A stretch of 10,932 nucleotides of DNA from Candidatus Vampirococcus lugosii (lineage in GTDB: Bacteria > Patescibacteriota > Gracilibacteria > Absconditabacterales > Absconditicoccaceae), in assembly GCF_018420025.1 (NCBI RefSeq), contig NZ_JAEDAM010000033.1:1-10932 (forward strand). The letters are read 5' to 3'. The first letter of the stretch is position 1; each line of letters starts with the position of its first letter. The position numbers and the translations under genes are program-made. This document shows positions 7,941 through 10,932 of the stretch, piece by piece. A model generated the notes under the pieces. The model worked only from the letters and a program-made list of their open reading frames with translations, ran no database searches and had not been told where the DNA came from.

Positions 7941-8148
7941 TCAAGTAATAGATAGCATATCTATTGATATTGATTATGATGGAAATTTATTTAATGCTGA
8001 AATAATAGATAATCCTTGAAAGAATGAAGTAGTAAAATGAAATTATAAATGGGAATACAAAAATAATTGAAAATATACTATAGCAATGAAAATTATAGAT
8101 ATTTTATGAGAAGAATTATTTGTAAGTTTTGATATAAAAATTAAATAA
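7897..8148 (+). pseudogene. mod: C-terminal segment of Mod displaced into the +1 frame (frameshifted continuation of the mod gene)
   Basis: Frame 1 is open from 7897 to TAA 8146-8148 and has no ATG until about 8086. It encodes ...QAEKTLIEHFNQVIDSISIDIDYDGNLFNAEIID...YKWEYKNNGKYTIAMKIIDILGEELFVSFDIKIK. As I recall them, full-length homologues of this methyltransferase class end in this kind of conserved C-terminal module. It overlaps the frame-3 ORF by 44 nt, and that overlap contains an A7 tract and an A6 tract. Confidence 0.6.
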
Positions 8149-8171
8149 TTTAAGAGTTTTTAAAATAAAAT

Positions 8172-10727
8172 ATGAAACAATTTATAGATAAATTAAAAGT
8201 TAAAATTCTTGATTGGAAATTAAATTGATATGAATGAACATATAAAGAAACTCAAAATATTTTGAAATATATAAATAATAATAGATATTTAAGAGAACCT
8301 CAAATTGATGCTTTTGAAACTTATGTATATATAAAAGAAATTCTTTGAAATAAACCTATATGAGAATTAATTTTTGATATTATATGAGATAAAAAGGAGA
8401 TAATAAAAAGCTTATGATTATCTCAAGATGAAATGCTTGATTTAATGATGTCTCCTGAAAAAATGGATGAAAAAATAAAGTCTATTTTATGAGAAAATTC
8501 AAATTCTGATTACTCAAATCAAGTTTATGCTCTTACTATGTGAACTTGAAAAACAGTGTTGATGACAGTTTTTATGTTATATGAGATAGTGCTTTCTTAT
8601 TATCACAGTGAAGATAAAAGATTTGCAAAAAATTTTGTATTTTTCGCACCTGATAAAACAATTATTGAAAGTTTAAAAGAAATTAAGTCATTTGATTACA
8701 ATTTAGTAATACCAAAAGAATATTCAAATAGTTTGTTGCAAATAAAATACCATTATTTAGAAGATACTATAACAAAATTAACTATACCAGAAGGCTCAAA
8801 TTACAATATTATAGTAAGTAATTCTCAAAAAATAATTATTAAGAGTAAAAAGGCAAGTAATGATTTACAAAAACAAATATTTTGAGATGATAAGTCAAAA
8901 GAAAAATCTGAAGTAGAAAATGAGAGATTTACAGCACTTAAAAATCTTGATAATTTATCTATATTTATAGATGAAGCTCATCATAGTTTTTGAAAAACAT
9001 TGGATAATGAAATAAAAAAATTAAAATTTACAATAAATAGAATACACGAAAATAAACCACTTGTAAATTGTATAAATATGACTTGAACACCATATGTTAA
9101 TTGACAACTTATTGAAGATGTTGTTTTTTATTATGGATTAAAAAATTGAATACAAGACTGAATATTAAAACAAGTTGAGGTTATAGAATATTGAGAAGTA
9201 AAATGAGAAGAATTTTTACTAAATGTAATAACTGAATTTTGGCAAAGTTTTTGAGAAAACAAAGTAGAATGAAAACTAGCTAAAATTGCTATATATACAG
9301 CAAGTATTGAAGAATTAAAAGAAGTTAGGAGAACTTTAGAAACAAAAGTATTTAAAAGTTTAAAAATAGATACAAGAAAAATAACTGAAAACCATACTTG
9401 AGCAAGTAAACAAGAAATAGAAGAATTTAAAAATCTTGACACTAAAGAAAGTAAAAAACAATTTATACTTCTTGTATGAAAATGAACTGAATGATGGAAC
9501 TGCAAAAGTTTGTTTGCAACCGCTTTATATAGAAAACCTCCTCAAATATTTACATTACAAGCAACAACGAGATGTTTAAGAGCAATTTGAGATAATAACA
9601 AAAAAGCAAAGATATTCTTATCAAAACAGAATTATAAAATACTTGATAAAGAACTTAAGAAAAATTTTGATATAGAGATATCAGATTTACAAGGTACAAA
9701 AAGAGAATCTCAAGAAATAAATTGTACTATAGAAAAGAGAAAAACTATAAAAATAAAAAAAATTATTAAAGATATAAAGGCTATAAAGAAAAATACTTTT
9801 GATGATTTTATATTAAGTTTCAATAATTATAAATGAAGAGAGATATATAGAAATGTAAAAGAACTTAAATTAGAAAATAATGAAGCTATTTATACTGAAT
9901 GAAAATTAGAAAAAAATAATACAAATATAAATAAAGATTATTCTTATTATGAAATACTTTGAATAATAAATAAATATACTCATATTAATTTTAATATAAT
10001 TAAAAAAATATTTAAAAATAACAAAATAACAAAAGATGAATTAGTAAAAGAAATTAGTAAAGATAATTATAAATTAAATTTTATAATAGATGAGTTAATA
10101 AAAGAATTCTATAATTACGATATTGAAGAAAAAATAGTTGGTGAAGATATGAAAATAATAAAACTTGATGTGAATAAATTTAATTTTGAAGTTTGAGTTG
10201 ATAAAATAGATAGATGACTTGTTTGTTATAAAGAAGATAAAGAAGAAAATAGGCTTTGATTCCATTTAAATCCTTATAATTTTGATAGTACTGATGAAAG
10301 AGAAATTTTTGCACATATTAGAAAAGCATTAAAAGATAATGAAAATGTAAAAGAAATATATTTTACTTGATGAACTGATAAAACAAATTATACAGATTTT
10401 TATTTTGCTTATGAAATTTTTAAGGATTGACAATTATATATTTCAAACTATTTTCCTGATTTATTGGTAGAAATAGAAAATTCTAATTGAAAAACAAAAT
10501 ATATTGTTTTGGAAATAAAATGATGAGATAAAAAATCCGACTATTTAAGTGCAAAACAGAATTATAAAAACTGAGAAAAAATTACTAATGAAGTATTTGC
10601 AAAAGAAATTTGATTTATGAAGTTTAAACAAATAAATAAAGATTTTGAATATAGAATAGTATTTGATTGAAATACACCATCTGAAAAATTAAATACTGAA
10701 AAATATATAAAAAATAATTTAATATAA
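8172..10727 (+). CDS. res: Type III restriction enzyme Res subunit: SF2 DEAH helicase-like ATPase with C-terminal PD-(D/E)xK nuclease, 851 aa
   Basis: ATG 8172 (23 nt after the mod C-terminal stop) to TAA 10725-10727, frame 3, uninterrupted with TGA=Gly. It absorbs track ORF 8556-8885. Motifs: LREPQIDAFE, motif I ALTMGTGKT (8538-8555, Gly encoded by TGA), motif II FIDEAHH (8970-8984), motif III MTGTP, LLVGKGTEGWNC, LQATTRCLR. The C-terminal nuclease motif is YFPDLLVEIE...KYIVLEIKGG (10452-10520). Confidence 0.85.
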
Positions 10728-10895
10728 GTTTTGGCTATTCAAGATTTGGGTGGGTAATTATAAAAGTAGATTCAAACAAGATAAATTTAATTTTCATAAA
10801 CTATATAATGAATAATATTATAATTAGATTAATTTTTACTTGATTTTTTAAAAAATTTAAATAATAATACAGTACATTTATTTAAATAAACTATT

Positions 10896-10932
10896 ATGAT
10901 GAAAAAAATATACTTTTTATTAGTATTAATGT
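10896..10932 (+). CDS. Start of a gene for a probable exported or membrane protein (3' end outside the window)
   Basis: The ATG at 10896 is followed by MMKKIYFLLVLM, a basic-then-hydrophobic signal-peptide-like start. Only 12 codons are visible. Confidence 0.35.
   Translation, partial: MMKKIYFLLVLM

Noticed and set aside
9131-9505. 124-aa minus-strand ORF, the longest in the supplied track
   Set aside because: It is antisense to the res gene, in a region where the plus strand encodes helicase motifs (MTGTP, GKGTEGWNC). Its product is a hydrophobic, low-complexity shadow translation.
10728-10895. A slightly G-richer patch (ggctattcaagatttgggtgggtaa) after res as a small RNA or terminator
   Set aside because: I can find no stem-loop, no T-run and no recognisable RNA motif. 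The evidence is insufficient.
1-10932. Genetic code 4 (TGA=Trp, Mycoplasma/Spiroplasma type) as the explanation for in-frame TGA
   Set aside because: TGA falls on invariant glycines of Walker A, FxGxG and helicase motif I. Trp would destroy these motifs. TGG is used where Trp is expected, as in HWEGK and EGWN.
1-10932. Massive pseudogenisation or selenocysteine as the explanation for in-frame TGA
   Set aside because: Frames of up to 2.6 kb are interrupted only by TGA and never by TAA, TAG or frameshifts (the one exception is in mod), which random decay would not produce. TGA is far too frequent, roughly one per 10-25 codons, for Sec, and it sits at Gly positions rather than Cys positions.

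Overview
This very AT-rich 10.9-kb window only makes sense if TGA is read as glycine. That is NCBI translation table 25, the code of Gracilibacteria and Absconditabacteria (SR1) in the candidate phyla radiation. The supplied ORF track uses the standard code and therefore looks fragmentary. With TGA=Gly about 90% of the window is coding, and every true stop I can see is TAA. In order, the window holds: (1) the 3' part of an IS630-family transposase; (2) a 379-codon orphan hypothetical protein; (3) an 863-codon membrane-anchored TraD/VirD4/TrwB-type P-loop ATPase that ends in an S1-like OB fold; (4) a 108-codon exported protein bracketed by two perfectly identical 164-bp direct repeats, the second of which is fused to a decayed, internally deleted relic of the ATPase gene; (5) a minus-strand exported DUF2202 (ferritin-like) protein; (6) a mod-res Type III restriction-modification operon whose mod gene changes frame at short poly(A) tracts; (7) the first 12 codons of another exported protein. 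I saw no rRNA, tRNA or CRISPR array. All family assignments rest on motifs read by eye, with no database search. I found no clearly new multi-gene system. The features most worth follow-up are the recoding itself, the repeat-bracketed cassette, the mod frame change and the domain architecture of the ATPase.
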